Assembly: GCA_027451665.1 (NCBI GenBank)
Contig: DAIDIW010000005.1
Span: 2,955-66,954 of the forward strand
Length of the DNA: 64,000 nucleotides
Source: Candidatus Kaiserbacteria bacterium
Lineage (GTDB): Bacteria > Patescibacteriota > Minisyncoccia > Phycocordibacterales > Phycocordibacteraceae
Direction of reading: 5' to 3'
Each line of letters opens with the position of its first letter. The stretch's first letter is position 1. The position numbers and the translations under genes are program-made. Positions 1 to 8,532 of this stretch are shown piece by piece. Below the pieces are notes generated by a model. It saw only the letters and a list, made by a program, of their open reading frames with translations, had not been told where the DNA came from and searched no databases.

Positions 1-533
1 GCCCACGATGAGATCGGGACGATGCTGGTTGTGCCGGATGCCGCGGATACTCTGTTCGCTTGAGACGGCAGTGATGCGGGCGTCCATTTGCGAGAATACC
101 AGGGACGATGAGCCCCATTCGTTGTTCTCCTCTTGGAAGGGGCCGAGGTCGTTCTTGAGAAGCGCATTCCCCTCGAGCTCGCGACGGAGGTTCATCATGT
201 GCTGCTTCGCTTGCGCTTGCGTCTGGCAGAGGATGAGCACGAACTTTTTCTGCTGCTCGCCGAGGATGGCCCAGATTGGGTACGAGGTGGTGAAGATGGT
301 CGACTTCGCGGAGCCCCTAAAGGAGACCACAAACAGGCTCTTGATATCCTCGCGCTCGGTGAGCTGGAAGAGCTCGCGATGGAACGGGGCGGTTTCGTAC
401 TTTACGTAGTGAGCGAAGTAGAAGTGGAAGAAGAGGAAGTGACTTTGGCGTGTGATCGCCGCGCGGATGCGGCGGTCGCGGAACATCTTGTCAGCAAGAT
501 CGGGCGGCAGACCGCTAGGAGGTAGGTTCATGT
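1..533 (-). CDS. phage terminase large subunit, N-terminal ATPase part (partial, continues past window start)
   Basis: Manual minus-strand translation from ATG at 533: MNLPPSGLPPDLADKMFRDRRIRAAITRQSHFLFFHFYFAHYVKYETAPFHRELFQLTEREDIKSLFVVSFRGSAKST... Walker-A-like GSAKST and overall pattern typical of TerL. No stop before position 1. The + strand ORFs 8..409 and 133..525 are its antisense. Confidence 0.7.
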
Positions 534-988
534 TTCGGGGGATTATCGTTTGCAGGTTCTTCGCCTAGCTTCGGTTCTTGAGGAGAGGGCTCCTTCATTT
601 CCGGCGGGATTTCGACGGTTAGGGACGCGAGCCGGAGCGCCTCCTTGACCACCGCCTCCTGTTCGGGCGACAGTTCTTCCTGCGGCCCGCTTCCCGCGAC
701 CACTTCAAGGCGATCGCGGAATCTCGGGTTACGCTTCCTAAGCCAGAACGCGATGGCGTTCCAGTTCTTTTCCTTCATGAGCGTGATGAGTTGCGATTCG
801 CCGAGGTCGTTCACGATTGCCTCGCCCTCGGCGAGCGCCTCGTCCATCGCCTTGGCGAATTCCGCGTCCTCTTTGCGCCAGCGATACACGCTATTGCGCG
901 ATAGATTGAGCTTTTCGCAGGCGACCTGCACGATTGGTATCTTGCGGAGCTGCTCTATGAGTAAATCGGCGTCGCGGTTCTTCTTCAT
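515..988 (-). CDS. phage terminase small subunit (HTH)
   Basis: 157 aa. KIPIVQVACEKLNLSRNSVYRWRKEDAEFAKAMDEA motif typical of TerS. Immediately upstream of and overlapping the TerL start. Confidence 0.6.
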   Translation of the reverse strand: MKKNRDADLLIEQLRKIPIVQVACEKLNLSRNSVYRWRKEDAEFAKAMDEALAEGEAIVNDLGESQLITLMKEKNWNAIAFWLRKRNPRFRDRLEVVAGSGPQEELSPEQEAVVKEALRLASLTVEIPPEMKEPSPQEPKLGEEPANDNPPKHEPTS

Positions 989-1758
989 ACCGGTTTCGCC
1001 TTACAGCCGGTTAACTTCTCCCATCGCGCGATCGCCGTTCGCACGTACTCTTCGTCTATTTCGACAGCATAACAGCGGCGGCGCACCTGCTCGCACGCAA
1101 GGAGCGTCGTGCCGCTCCCGAGGAAGCCGTCATATACCACGTCGTCGATCCCGCTGCTGTTAAGAATCAGGCGGCGCATAAGTCCCATCGGCTTCGTTGT
1201 GGGGTGGAATTTGCTCTTTCCCGGGCGCGGATAAAAGAGTACGGACTTGTCCTTTGAGCGACGGAACTTGTGCGTGCCGAGCCAGCCGTACAGGATAAGC
1301 TCGTGTTGGGGCGCGTAGTCGAGACGACCGACGACCGCTTGCGATTTCACCCATACCAAGAGTTGTGCCGCCTTGAATCCGGCGTCGAGCATGCCGTCGC
1401 GGAGCGCCCACACCATCTTGTCCGCATTGAAGACGTACGCGGCGTTCTTGCTCGCTAAGTGCGGCGCGATTGCTTCAAGCCACGCGCGATTGAACGCGCG
1501 GTACTCCCCGTCCGACTGAATACCGTCGTTCGCGATCGCCTTGTCCTTCGAGAGCTTCGAGAAGCCGCGCTTCGACTCGACCGCCGCCACCGCATATGGC
1601 GGATCGCTCGCAATGAGCGCGGCCTTGTCCTTGCCGAAGAGACGCTTCAAGAGTTCCGGGTCGCGGCAGTCGCCTAACGCGAGGCGATGCTCGCCGAGCT
1701 GCCAGACCGTCCGCGGCTTAGGAGAGTTTGCGGGCTTTGGTGCCGGTCGCGTTTTCAT
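985..1758 (-). CDS. DNA methyltransferase, beta class (N6-adenine/N4-cytosine)
   Basis: SDPPY motif IV precedes the FLGSGTT motif I near the C-terminus. Phage packaging-module context. Confidence 0.8.
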   Translation of the reverse strand: MKTRPAPKPANSPKPRTVWQLGEHRLALGDCRDPELLKRLFGKDKAALIASDPPYAVAAVESKRGFSKLSKDKAIANDGIQSDGEYRAFNRAWLEAIAPHLASKNAAYVFNADKMVWALRDGMLDAGFKAAQLLVWVKSQAVVGRLDYAPQHELILYGWLGTHKFRRSKDKSVLFYPRPGKSKFHPTTKPMGLMRRLILNSSGIDDVVYDGFLGSGTTLLACEQVRRRCYAVEIDEEYVRTAIARWEKLTGCKAKPV

Positions 1759-3025
1759 AACGAGAAATTATTAAGTCGGTAAAGACGGGGGATGCCTCGG
1801 CAAGGTAGCAGATCCGTTTCAGTTGGTCGGCGCTGATGAGCGTGCTGCCGGATCCCCCGAATAAATCCAACACCCGGGCGCCCGGGCGCGTGCTTCGTTT
1901 AATGGGGCGCTCATGGAGCGACACGGGCTTCTGTGTCGGGTGGGTATACTCGGTTCCGGCGACGCGCTTGGCGAGCCAGATGTCGAGCGCGTCGAGGATG
2001 TCGTCGAGCAGCTTGTTGCCCGACGGTCCGAGTTCCTTGTTAAGCACTTCGGCGAAGTTCGCCCCGACGGGCGAGATCGGCGGTTTCCCCCGTGTCGCAT
2101 ATACGCACGGCTCGTAGCACTTGTTGTACGCGGCTCCCGGCACCGGATTCGCCGCTCCCTTGATCCACAGGCACACGCGGCGGTTCTCGAGGTCGAGTTC
2201 GGCGAAGAGGCCCTGCACCATGCCGATGTACTTTTGATCGCAGTAGTAATAGGCGTGGACATCGGGCTTGGCGGCTGCGAGCGCGTTCTCCATGGAGCGC
2301 TTGAGGAAGTCGCGATACTCCTCGTCCGTCTTGGCGTCGTCGACCGCGCCGCCATAGGAACCCTTGCCGCCCACGCCCTTGTCGTAGTCGAGAGAAATAT
2401 TGTAGGGAGGGTCGCAATAGATCATGTCCACGCGCTCCTTGCCGACGAGCCGCTTGACCACTTCCGGGTCGAGCGAGCTACCGCAGATAAGACGATGCGG
2501 CCCGAGCGCATACAGGTCACCGATCTTGCTTTTGGGCTTCTTGATTTTCTCCAGCTCCTTCTCGACATCGAAGTTATCCTCGCTTGCCTCGAGCGCGTCG
2601 GAGAAAATTATCGAGAGGTCGGTGTCGTCGAAGCCCGAGACGAGTAGCGTGTCTATGTCGAAATACTGCGAGAGCGCCTCATACTGCCAGTCGCCGTGGA
2701 CGCGGTTGCTCGTGAGGAGGTACTGCTCGTATTCGGACTTCGTGAGCTTGCGGTTCGGCACGCGCACGTCGATGGTCTCCTCGCCGCACCCGAGGAGTTG
2801 CAGCACGGCGACGCGCTGGTGGCCCGCGACGATCCGGTTGTCCGCGTCGATGGCCGGAACTTCCACCAGTCCGAATTTTTCGAGTGAATGAATGAGGTCC
2901 TCGCGCTGCTTGTCCGAAAGAACGCGAGGGTTCTTGTTGAATGGCAGCAGGTCGTTGACGCGGCGACGCTCGTTGTGCCACGCAAGCGGCCCGCCTCTGG
3001 GGGTAGCTTTCATAGGCGAAAGCAT
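1718..3025 (-). CDS. ParB-like nuclease domain fused to DNA methyltransferase (N6/N4)
   Basis: N-terminal ParB/Srx-like region, then CDPPYN motif IV and FGGSGST motif I. Common phage anti-restriction MTase architecture. Confidence 0.8.
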   Translation of the reverse strand: MLSPMKATPRGGPLAWHNERRRVNDLLPFNKNPRVLSDKQREDLIHSLEKFGLVEVPAIDADNRIVAGHQRVAVLQLLGCGEETIDVRVPNRKLTKSEYEQYLLTSNRVHGDWQYEALSQYFDIDTLLVSGFDDTDLSIIFSDALEASEDNFDVEKELEKIKKPKSKIGDLYALGPHRLICGSSLDPEVVKRLVGKERVDMIYCDPPYNISLDYDKGVGGKGSYGGAVDDAKTDEEYRDFLKRSMENALAAAKPDVHAYYYCDQKYIGMVQGLFAELDLENRRVCLWIKGAANPVPGAAYNKCYEPCVYATRGKPPISPVGANFAEVLNKELGPSGNKLLDDILDALDIWLAKRVAGTEYTHPTQKPVSLHERPIKRSTRPGARVLDLFGGSGSTLISADQLKRICYLAEASPVFTDLIISRYENATGTKARKLS

Positions 3026-3079
3026 AAAGAAGTAGCGGAACCGCTATGCAGCGTTTGACCGACTCTGTTATCCGTTTAC

Positions 3080-3925
3080 CTAACGTTCTCCCAGCCGTTC
3101 CCGCGTTCGAGCGACGATCGTGCGAATGTTTTGCAGGGTGAGCTCCCGATACTTTCCATGCAGTTCGGAATAGATCCATTTATCAACGGCCTTCATGGAA
3201 TTCTCCGCGCGTTTCCTGCCGGATTCTTCGCGCAGCTTTTTATATAAATCGTATATCTCCATGTCGCGCTCGAAGGTCCCCCATGCCTTGTTCTTGCCGA
3301 GGAAGTCGGGCAGACTCTTTTGTTCCTGCGCTATCCAGTCCCAGTGCCGCAGGAAATCTTCGCGCTTGGTATGCCCGAAAATTTGCACGAGTAGCTCGGC
3401 CGGGTCCCCGGGCTTCTCACGCCGCCACATGACTTTGAACGGCTCTGTCGGGTACTCGTCGATGCCGAAGAAGGTGTGATACTCGAGGAAGTCGTAGTAT
3501 CTGCGGTCACGCTGGTCTATGCCAAAGTGTTCGAGAATATCGTCAAAGACCTGCCCGTATACCGGCGGCAGAAACGACTCCTTGAATTCTTCGAGAGCAT
3601 AGAACTCCTGCGAGGACATCGTCGTTTTGTCTCCGGTGATCCGCGTCCGCGCCGCAGCCATCTCAGGACTCTTCTCGAGCTCGGTGTACCGCTTCCAAAA
3701 CGCATCGTTCCACGCCATGTACTGGGCGTACTTTTTGAACGGCCGCTTCGGGAGCGGGCATCCGGTTTCCGCGAAGCGCCTCTTGAGCAACGCGACCTTT
3801 TCCTTGAACCATGAGTCGCGGAGTATTGCTGCGACTTTGTAGTAGTTCTCGTCGTAAATTGGGCGGCGTTGTCCACCGCCCTTCACGCCACCTTTCGCTC
3901 GCTTCGTTCTATAATTGACAGGCAT
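3080..3925 (-). CDS. hypothetical protein (phage-associated)
   Basis: 281-aa ORF with GC3-rich codons. No recognisable motifs. Divergent from the XRE repressor gene. Confidence 0.45.
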   Translation of the reverse strand: MPVNYRTKRAKGGVKGGGQRRPIYDENYYKVAAILRDSWFKEKVALLKRRFAETGCPLPKRPFKKYAQYMAWNDAFWKRYTELEKSPEMAAARTRITGDKTTMSSQEFYALEEFKESFLPPVYGQVFDDILEHFGIDQRDRRYYDFLEYHTFFGIDEYPTEPFKVMWRREKPGDPAELLVQIFGHTKREDFLRHWDWIAQEQKSLPDFLGKNKAWGTFERDMEIYDLYKKLREESGRKRAENSMKAVDKWIYSELHGKYRELTLQNIRTIVARTRERLGER

Positions 3926-3927
3926 AG

Positions 3928-3944
3928 TTAGCTTGATAAGCTAA
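3928..3944. promoter_or_regulatory. 17-bp perfect palindrome TTAGCTTgatAAGCTAA, candidate operator
   Basis: Seen directly in the 33-bp gap between the divergent ORF 3080..3925 (-) and the XRE gene 3959 (+). Confidence 0.4.
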
Positions 3945-3958
3945 ATGATACATACATC

Positions 3959-4306
3959 ATGAACATGACGCTAGGGGAATTCATTCGGAGCGTGCGAGAC
4001 GAGAAGGATATTTCGCTACGCGAGCTGGCTGACAAGTTGGGGTGCTCCGCTCCATTTTTGTATGACATTGAGCTTGGGCGGCGGCACCCGTCGGACGAAA
4101 TGCTTGGCAAGATCGCTCGGCACCTCGGCATCAACAAGAACGACCTTACGAAATACGATACGCGCCCCCCAACAAAACAGATTCGCGCGAGCATTGCGGC
4201 AAACCCGCAATTTGCGCTCGCGTTCCGCAAGATGATAGATAGCGGCATGACTCCGGACGATATGATGAAGGCCGCGAAGAGCGCGGAGAAGAAGTCGAAG
4301 GAATAG
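3959..4306 (+). CDS. XRE-family HTH transcriptional regulator (Cro/CI-like)
   Basis: ISLRELADKLGCSAPFLYDIELGRRHPSDEMLGKIARHL is a classic XRE helix-turn-helix. Confidence 0.75.
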   Translation: MNMTLGEFIRSVRDEKDISLRELADKLGCSAPFLYDIELGRRHPSDEMLGKIARHLGINKNDLTKYDTRPPTKQIRASIAANPQFALAFRKMIDSGMTPDDMMKAAKSAEKKSKE

Positions 4307-4312
4307 CAAGCC

Positions 4313-5002
4313 ATGAAGCAGGTCCGCTCCAGGGGTTCAGCCACCACCCACCCTCGGTACGAGGATCACGAGATCGAGCGGATGTGCATCGACGAGCTTC
4401 AGAAGGCGGGGTATTTGCCCGATGCTCCGTCGCCGATTCGCATCGATCGCTTCATCGAGAAGCGCCTCGGAGTCACTCCGGAATATCTTGACCTACAGCC
4501 TGGCCTCCTCGGCTTCACGAAGTTCGGTCCGTACGGCGCAGAAACAATCGTCATCTCGCGCACACTCGGAGAAGATAGGGACGTCGTCGCCCAACGCCGC
4601 GTCCGCACAACGCTTGCCCACGAAGCGGGACACGCCCTGCTTCATGCCTCCCTGTTCGACGACCCGAAGAGGCAGATGCAGGTGCTATTCGACAAGGAGC
4701 ATACGGACCTTTCCAAAGTATTATGCCGCGACGTAGTGGGCTCCGGGGAAGAACAACGCGGGTACAACGGAGCATGGTGGGAGTTCCAGGCCAATCGGGC
4801 GATGGGGTCGCTACTTCTTCCCGAATCGCTCTTCCGACAAGCCGCCGGACCGCTTCTCGGCACCGGTCTCCTCGACCCAACGCCTACGGCCCTCACACCC
4901 GAGAAGAAAGCAGGTATCGAACACGTCCTTGCCGACCTTTTTGACGTGAATCCCGTGGTCGCCCGCTTCCGGCTCCACCAGCTCTATCCCTCCACCCGCT
5001 AG
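4313..5002 (+). CDS. ImmA/IrrE-family metallopeptidase (HExxH)
   Basis: HEAGHALLH zinc-binding motif. Paired with the XRE regulator as in phage repressor/antirepressor-protease modules. Confidence 0.7.
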   Translation: MKQVRSRGSATTHPRYEDHEIERMCIDELQKAGYLPDAPSPIRIDRFIEKRLGVTPEYLDLQPGLLGFTKFGPYGAETIVISRTLGEDRDVVAQRRVRTTLAHEAGHALLHASLFDDPKRQMQVLFDKEHTDLSKVLCRDVVGSGEEQRGYNGAWWEFQANRAMGSLLLPESLFRQAAGPLLGTGLLDPTPTALTPEKKAGIEHVLADLFDVNPVVARFRLHQLYPSTR

Positions 5003-5123
5003 GGCAGCGGTTTATCCACAGGCCGCCAGGCCTGTGCGTCTTGTAATTTAGGCAGAAATAGCTTACGATGACATACAAACGCACCGGGCGACAGCTCATT
5101 TATCCGCGTTAATCAATCCTTAC

Positions 5124-5975
5124 ATGGACATCGTCATCTTCAACGTAGAGCACGGGCAGAGCATTCTCTTTTATCCGCACGGAGCGCCTGGATACACCAT
5201 GCTCGTCGACTGCGGGAACACGCAAGAGTTTAATCCGATCGATACTATCCTGCATCTCCTCCCGCAGGATCAGCTCGGTCGCCGCGTTCTCAGCAACCTG
5301 GCGCTTACGAATTACGACCACGACCACTTCTCTGGGTTACCGTACCTCGCAGACAAGGTCCACATCTCAACCGTTTCCTTCGCAAAGAATCTCACATCCG
5401 GTGAGATACGCTCCCTCAAGGAGGAGTCGACCGACGCGCTCGACAAACTGTGTGAGATCAAAGATACATACATCCACGATGCCCCGCATCACACTCCTCC
5501 GTACGCACGGCAGTTCTTTCACCTTGAGAAACACCATTTCCCGAATGGTGATTATGATACGAACAACCTGAGCCAGGTGATGTTCGTCAATTATCACGGT
5601 ACGACCATATGCATTGGTGGAGACCTCGAAGCCGTCGGATGGACCGAACTCTTAAAGAACGACGGATTCAAGGAGTGGCTCCGCGCGACCGATATTTTCA
5701 TCGCGTCGCACCACGGGCGCGAGAACGGGTATGCTGAGGAGATCTTCCAGCACTGCTCGCCCGAGTGCGTCATCATCTCCGATAAGGAAATGGTGCACGG
5801 CACCCAGGACGGCATGGCTCAGACCTATGCTTCCCATGTACGCGGTAACGGCATCACCTTTGGTAACCTCCGGGCTCTCACAGGACGGAAGGTACTCACG
5901 ACGCGTAATGACGGCCATATCCTGATCAAGCTCGCTCCCAACGGAGTTCGCGCATACGCGCCGATTTCGTTATGA
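5124..5975 (+). CDS. MBL-fold hydrolase, ComEC C-terminal-domain-like
   Basis: MLVDCGNT, LTNYDHDHFSGL and IASHHGRENG align with the ComEC MBL motifs (ILIDTG / LTHADADHIGG / AGHHGS). Confidence 0.55.
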   Translation: MDIVIFNVEHGQSILFYPHGAPGYTMLVDCGNTQEFNPIDTILHLLPQDQLGRRVLSNLALTNYDHDHFSGLPYLADKVHISTVSFAKNLTSGEIRSLKEESTDALDKLCEIKDTYIHDAPHHTPPYARQFFHLEKHHFPNGDYDTNNLSQVMFVNYHGTTICIGGDLEAVGWTELLKNDGFKEWLRATDIFIASHHGRENGYAEEIFQHCSPECVIISDKEMVHGTQDGMAQTYASHVRGNGITFGNLRALTGRKVLTTRNDGHILIKLAPNGVRAYAPISL

Positions 5976-6667
5976 ACTTCGATCGCTACTTCCTCACAGC
6001 GCGCCTCGCGCCAGCGATAATCGGCTCAATCCCGTTCTTCGTCCTCTATCTCTTCTTCCTGGGCAGCGTGCTCGTGTCGCTCTTCCATTCGTTGGCGGCG
6101 GTCACCTGGGTCGGCGGCGTGTCGACCATGGCGGCCTTCATCATCCTGCTCGCATCCGTAGGTAGGTCCATCTCGAAGGACATCTTCGAGCGCCGATGGT
6201 TCAAGAGCGACGAGACCCGGATGCCGACCACCGACTTCTTGATGCATAGGAACTCGGAGTATTCAGCGCCCTTCAAACGCGATCTCCGCGAGAAAATCCG
6301 CGCGGACTTCAACATAGAGCTGCATACCGAACTTGCAGAGGCCGAGGACGAAAGCGGGGCGCGGAAGCGCATCGCCGAAGCAGTGGTGCTTATCAGGCAG
6401 CAGATGAAAGACGGTCACCTCCTCCTCCAGCACAACATCGAGTACGGCTTTTTCCGGAATCTCGTCGGGTGCTCCGTTGTGGCCGAGGTCGTCCTGCTCG
6501 CGAATATTCTTGTGTTTACGCTCGTCTCCCCGAATCACGTTGCACTCTACACTTCAATCACGCTCCTCGTTCTATATGCGATCCCTATCGCGTTCGCGAA
6601 GTCGTTGATGCGTGTGCACGGCAAGCGGTATGCCCGCGTTCTTATCCAGGAATACCTCGCGGCGTAG
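5972..6667 (+). CDS. 4-TM membrane protein with ~110-aa cytoplasmic middle domain
   Basis: Start overlaps the MBL gene stop (ATGA). Two hydrophobic helices at the N-terminus and two at the C-terminus. No known motif. Confidence 0.5.
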   Translation: MNFDRYFLTARLAPAIIGSIPFFVLYLFFLGSVLVSLFHSLAAVTWVGGVSTMAAFIILLASVGRSISKDIFERRWFKSDETRMPTTDFLMHRNSEYSAPFKRDLREKIRADFNIELHTELAEAEDESGARKRIAEAVVLIRQQMKDGHLLLQHNIEYGFFRNLVGCSVVAEVVLLANILVFTLVSPNHVALYTSITLLVLYAIPIAFAKSLMRVHGKRYARVLIQEYLAA

Positions 6668-6670
6668 TAA

Positions 6671-6997
6671 CTACCTTTTCTTCGCCAACTCCTTCCCGAG
6701 CGGCCCCTCCGCCATCTCGGTTATGGTGCCCACGAGCTTCGGCCACGACAGCGCACCGCCGTACCAGAGCAAGACGTTGTCCGTCCGATAGCGCATGAGC
6801 CGCATGAACTTCTGCCAGGTGAAGCCGTTAGCCTTCAGCTCGTCCTTCCAGTGATCCCAGAGGTACTTGGGGAGCTTATTCCCAGCCCATACGACGGCGG
6901 GCTCCCAGTTGATGCCGGGAGCGTTGTAGAGGGTGGCGTGAACGCTCTCCATCCACTTCTTGATCTCTACCGGCTCCCTTGGGGTAGGCAACTTCAT
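6671..6997 (-). CDS. hypothetical protein (W-rich, 108 aa)
   Basis: ORF convergent with the 4-TM gene. No motif recognised. Confidence 0.35.
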   Translation of the reverse strand: MKLPTPREPVEIKKWMESVHATLYNAPGINWEPAVVWAGNKLPKYLWDHWKDELKANGFTWQKFMRLMRYRTDNVLLWYGGALSWPKLVGTITEMAEGPLGKELAKKR

Positions 6998-7376
6998 ACC
7001 CCTAATATATACCCTATAGACCCTCTGTCAAAAGTGACACTCGCGTGTCCCGTTCTTGTGTCCTCTTTGTCACTTTTTGGTGCGGTACCGCAGGGCTCTC
7101 TCGAAAAGCTCGCGATCCCTCCGAGAGCGCCGGAATACGCTTGAACGGCTTGCGGGGATGCCGAAGCGCGGAGAAGGCGACGGAAGCCGTTCGCTAGTCA
7201 ACTTCTACGAATCCAGATACAGACCGTGGGGCCTCCGGCGCGGACGATAGAAGCGCGCCAAAGAATCCTTCAATTGCCTCACCTGGTGTTCTGCGGTACC
7301 GTGCGGGGGCACCAAATACTGCTAATTCAAGTGACCGAGCCGGGCTATTGGAAAGCTCGAACATCTGGGTTCAAAA

Positions 7377-8345
7377 TTGCTTATACTTGACCTACCTATG
7401 CTATTCACGAAACGCCAAGAGTCGGAACTCATAACCGCCATAAAAGGCCGCGGAGAAATCCCGCTCAAGTTCGTATACCTTGGCGAAGGTGCTCATAACT
7501 GGGACGCGCTTGCAGGTGGCCGAACCGAGAATGGTGGCATCAACAGCATGGAAGGCGTCCTGCTCACGAGTAAAGCTGCCGACTTCATTGGGTCATTCAA
7601 TGGCGTCTCTAAGATCAATGTCATTGATATCGGGTGCGGCAACGGTTATCCGGGCGTCCCCATTTTCAACGAGCTGCGGGAGCAAGGGATCGCGTTCCGT
7701 TATGTGCCAGTCGACATCAGCGCAGAGCTTCTCAACCTCGCAGAGAAAAACGTCCATGAGATGTTCCCAGATACCGAGATAAAGAAGTTCCACCTCGACT
7801 TCGAACTCGGAAACTTCTCCGACATGACCTACGCTCTCAAGAGCGATGGCTCCTCCAATCTCCTCTTGTTCCTCGGCTCTACGCTGGGCAACTTCTCCGA
7901 TCGCAACCGCGTGCTTACGAATTTCCGCGACTCAATGTCCTCCGACGACTACCTCATCAACGGGGTGGAACTCACAAACTTCGCCAAGATCAATAAAATC
8001 CTCAGCCACTACTCTCTCGATGTTGTTGGCGATTTCCTTTACTTCATTCCTGAACAAATTGGCATCAAGCGCGAGAATACGGACTTCAACGTTGTCTGGA
8101 ACGATCGCGAAAATCAAGTGGAAATGCGCCTGACGCTCAAGAAAGACGCCCGCATCACTATCGGCAACGAATCCTTCAAGCTCGAGGAAGGTGAATCTCT
8201 CTTCCTGGCGCGTTCGATGAAATTCGCAGAATGGTCTGTTACCAAACTCTTGTCCGATGTCGGATATCGCAACGAGCTTCTGACCACGAATGCTGACCGC
8301 TCGTATATGCTCTCAATGGTTCAGCCGACGCGGTATATCGTTTAA
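7377..8345 (+). CDS. EgtD-like SAM-dependent methyltransferase (Methyltransf_33 / histidine N-alpha-methyltransferase family)
   Basis: VIDIGCGNGYPG, YVPVDISAELL and LLFLGSTLGNFSD match EgtD LVELGSGTSEKT / FIPFDVDAGVL / VVFLGSTIGNLTP. Lower GC than flanking genes. Confidence 0.6.
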   Translation: MLILDLPMLFTKRQESELITAIKGRGEIPLKFVYLGEGAHNWDALAGGRTENGGINSMEGVLLTSKAADFIGSFNGVSKINVIDIGCGNGYPGVPIFNELREQGIAFRYVPVDISAELLNLAEKNVHEMFPDTEIKKFHLDFELGNFSDMTYALKSDGSSNLLLFLGSTLGNFSDRNRVLTNFRDSMSSDDYLINGVELTNFAKINKILSHYSLDVVGDFLYFIPEQIGIKRENTDFNVVWNDRENQVEMRLTLKKDARITIGNESFKLEEGESLFLARSMKFAEWSVTKLLSDVGYRNELLTTNADRSYMLSMVQPTRYIV

Positions 8346-8532
8346 TTCCCTAGACCGAGAAGCCTCCGTCTGATTTTCGGAAACTCGCCCAAAGCCCCTT
8401 AAACTGCCTCGCAGGGCAAAGTTCGAGACCGGGTCGGGGCGTGATTTATCCGCATAAGCCTACGATAAGGAGGCGCGCCAAGCGTCTTCAACAGTGCATC
8501 AGGGGGCCTTTACGTTCTATACTGCGAAGGTT

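Noticed and set aside
8-525. Plus-strand ORFs 8..409 and 133..525 (low-complexity E/L/R-rich translations)
   Set aside because: They are antisense to a clear terminase large-subunit reading frame on the minus strand (ATG at 533 running off the window).
1819-2647. ORFs 1819..2355 (-), 1913..2647 (+), 2040..2417 (-) etc.
   Set aside because: Alternative-frame or antisense shadows of the ParB-MTase gene in high-GC DNA; Arg/Ser/Pro-rich junk translations.
7000-7376. Possible integrase remnant or attachment core between the phage block and the low-GC islet
   Set aside because: Only short inverted repeats (aaaagtgaca/tgtcactttt) and a 9-bp repeat gcggtaccg were seen. No ORF with recombinase motifs; no direct repeat could be matched by eye to a tRNA 3' end, so no att call is made.
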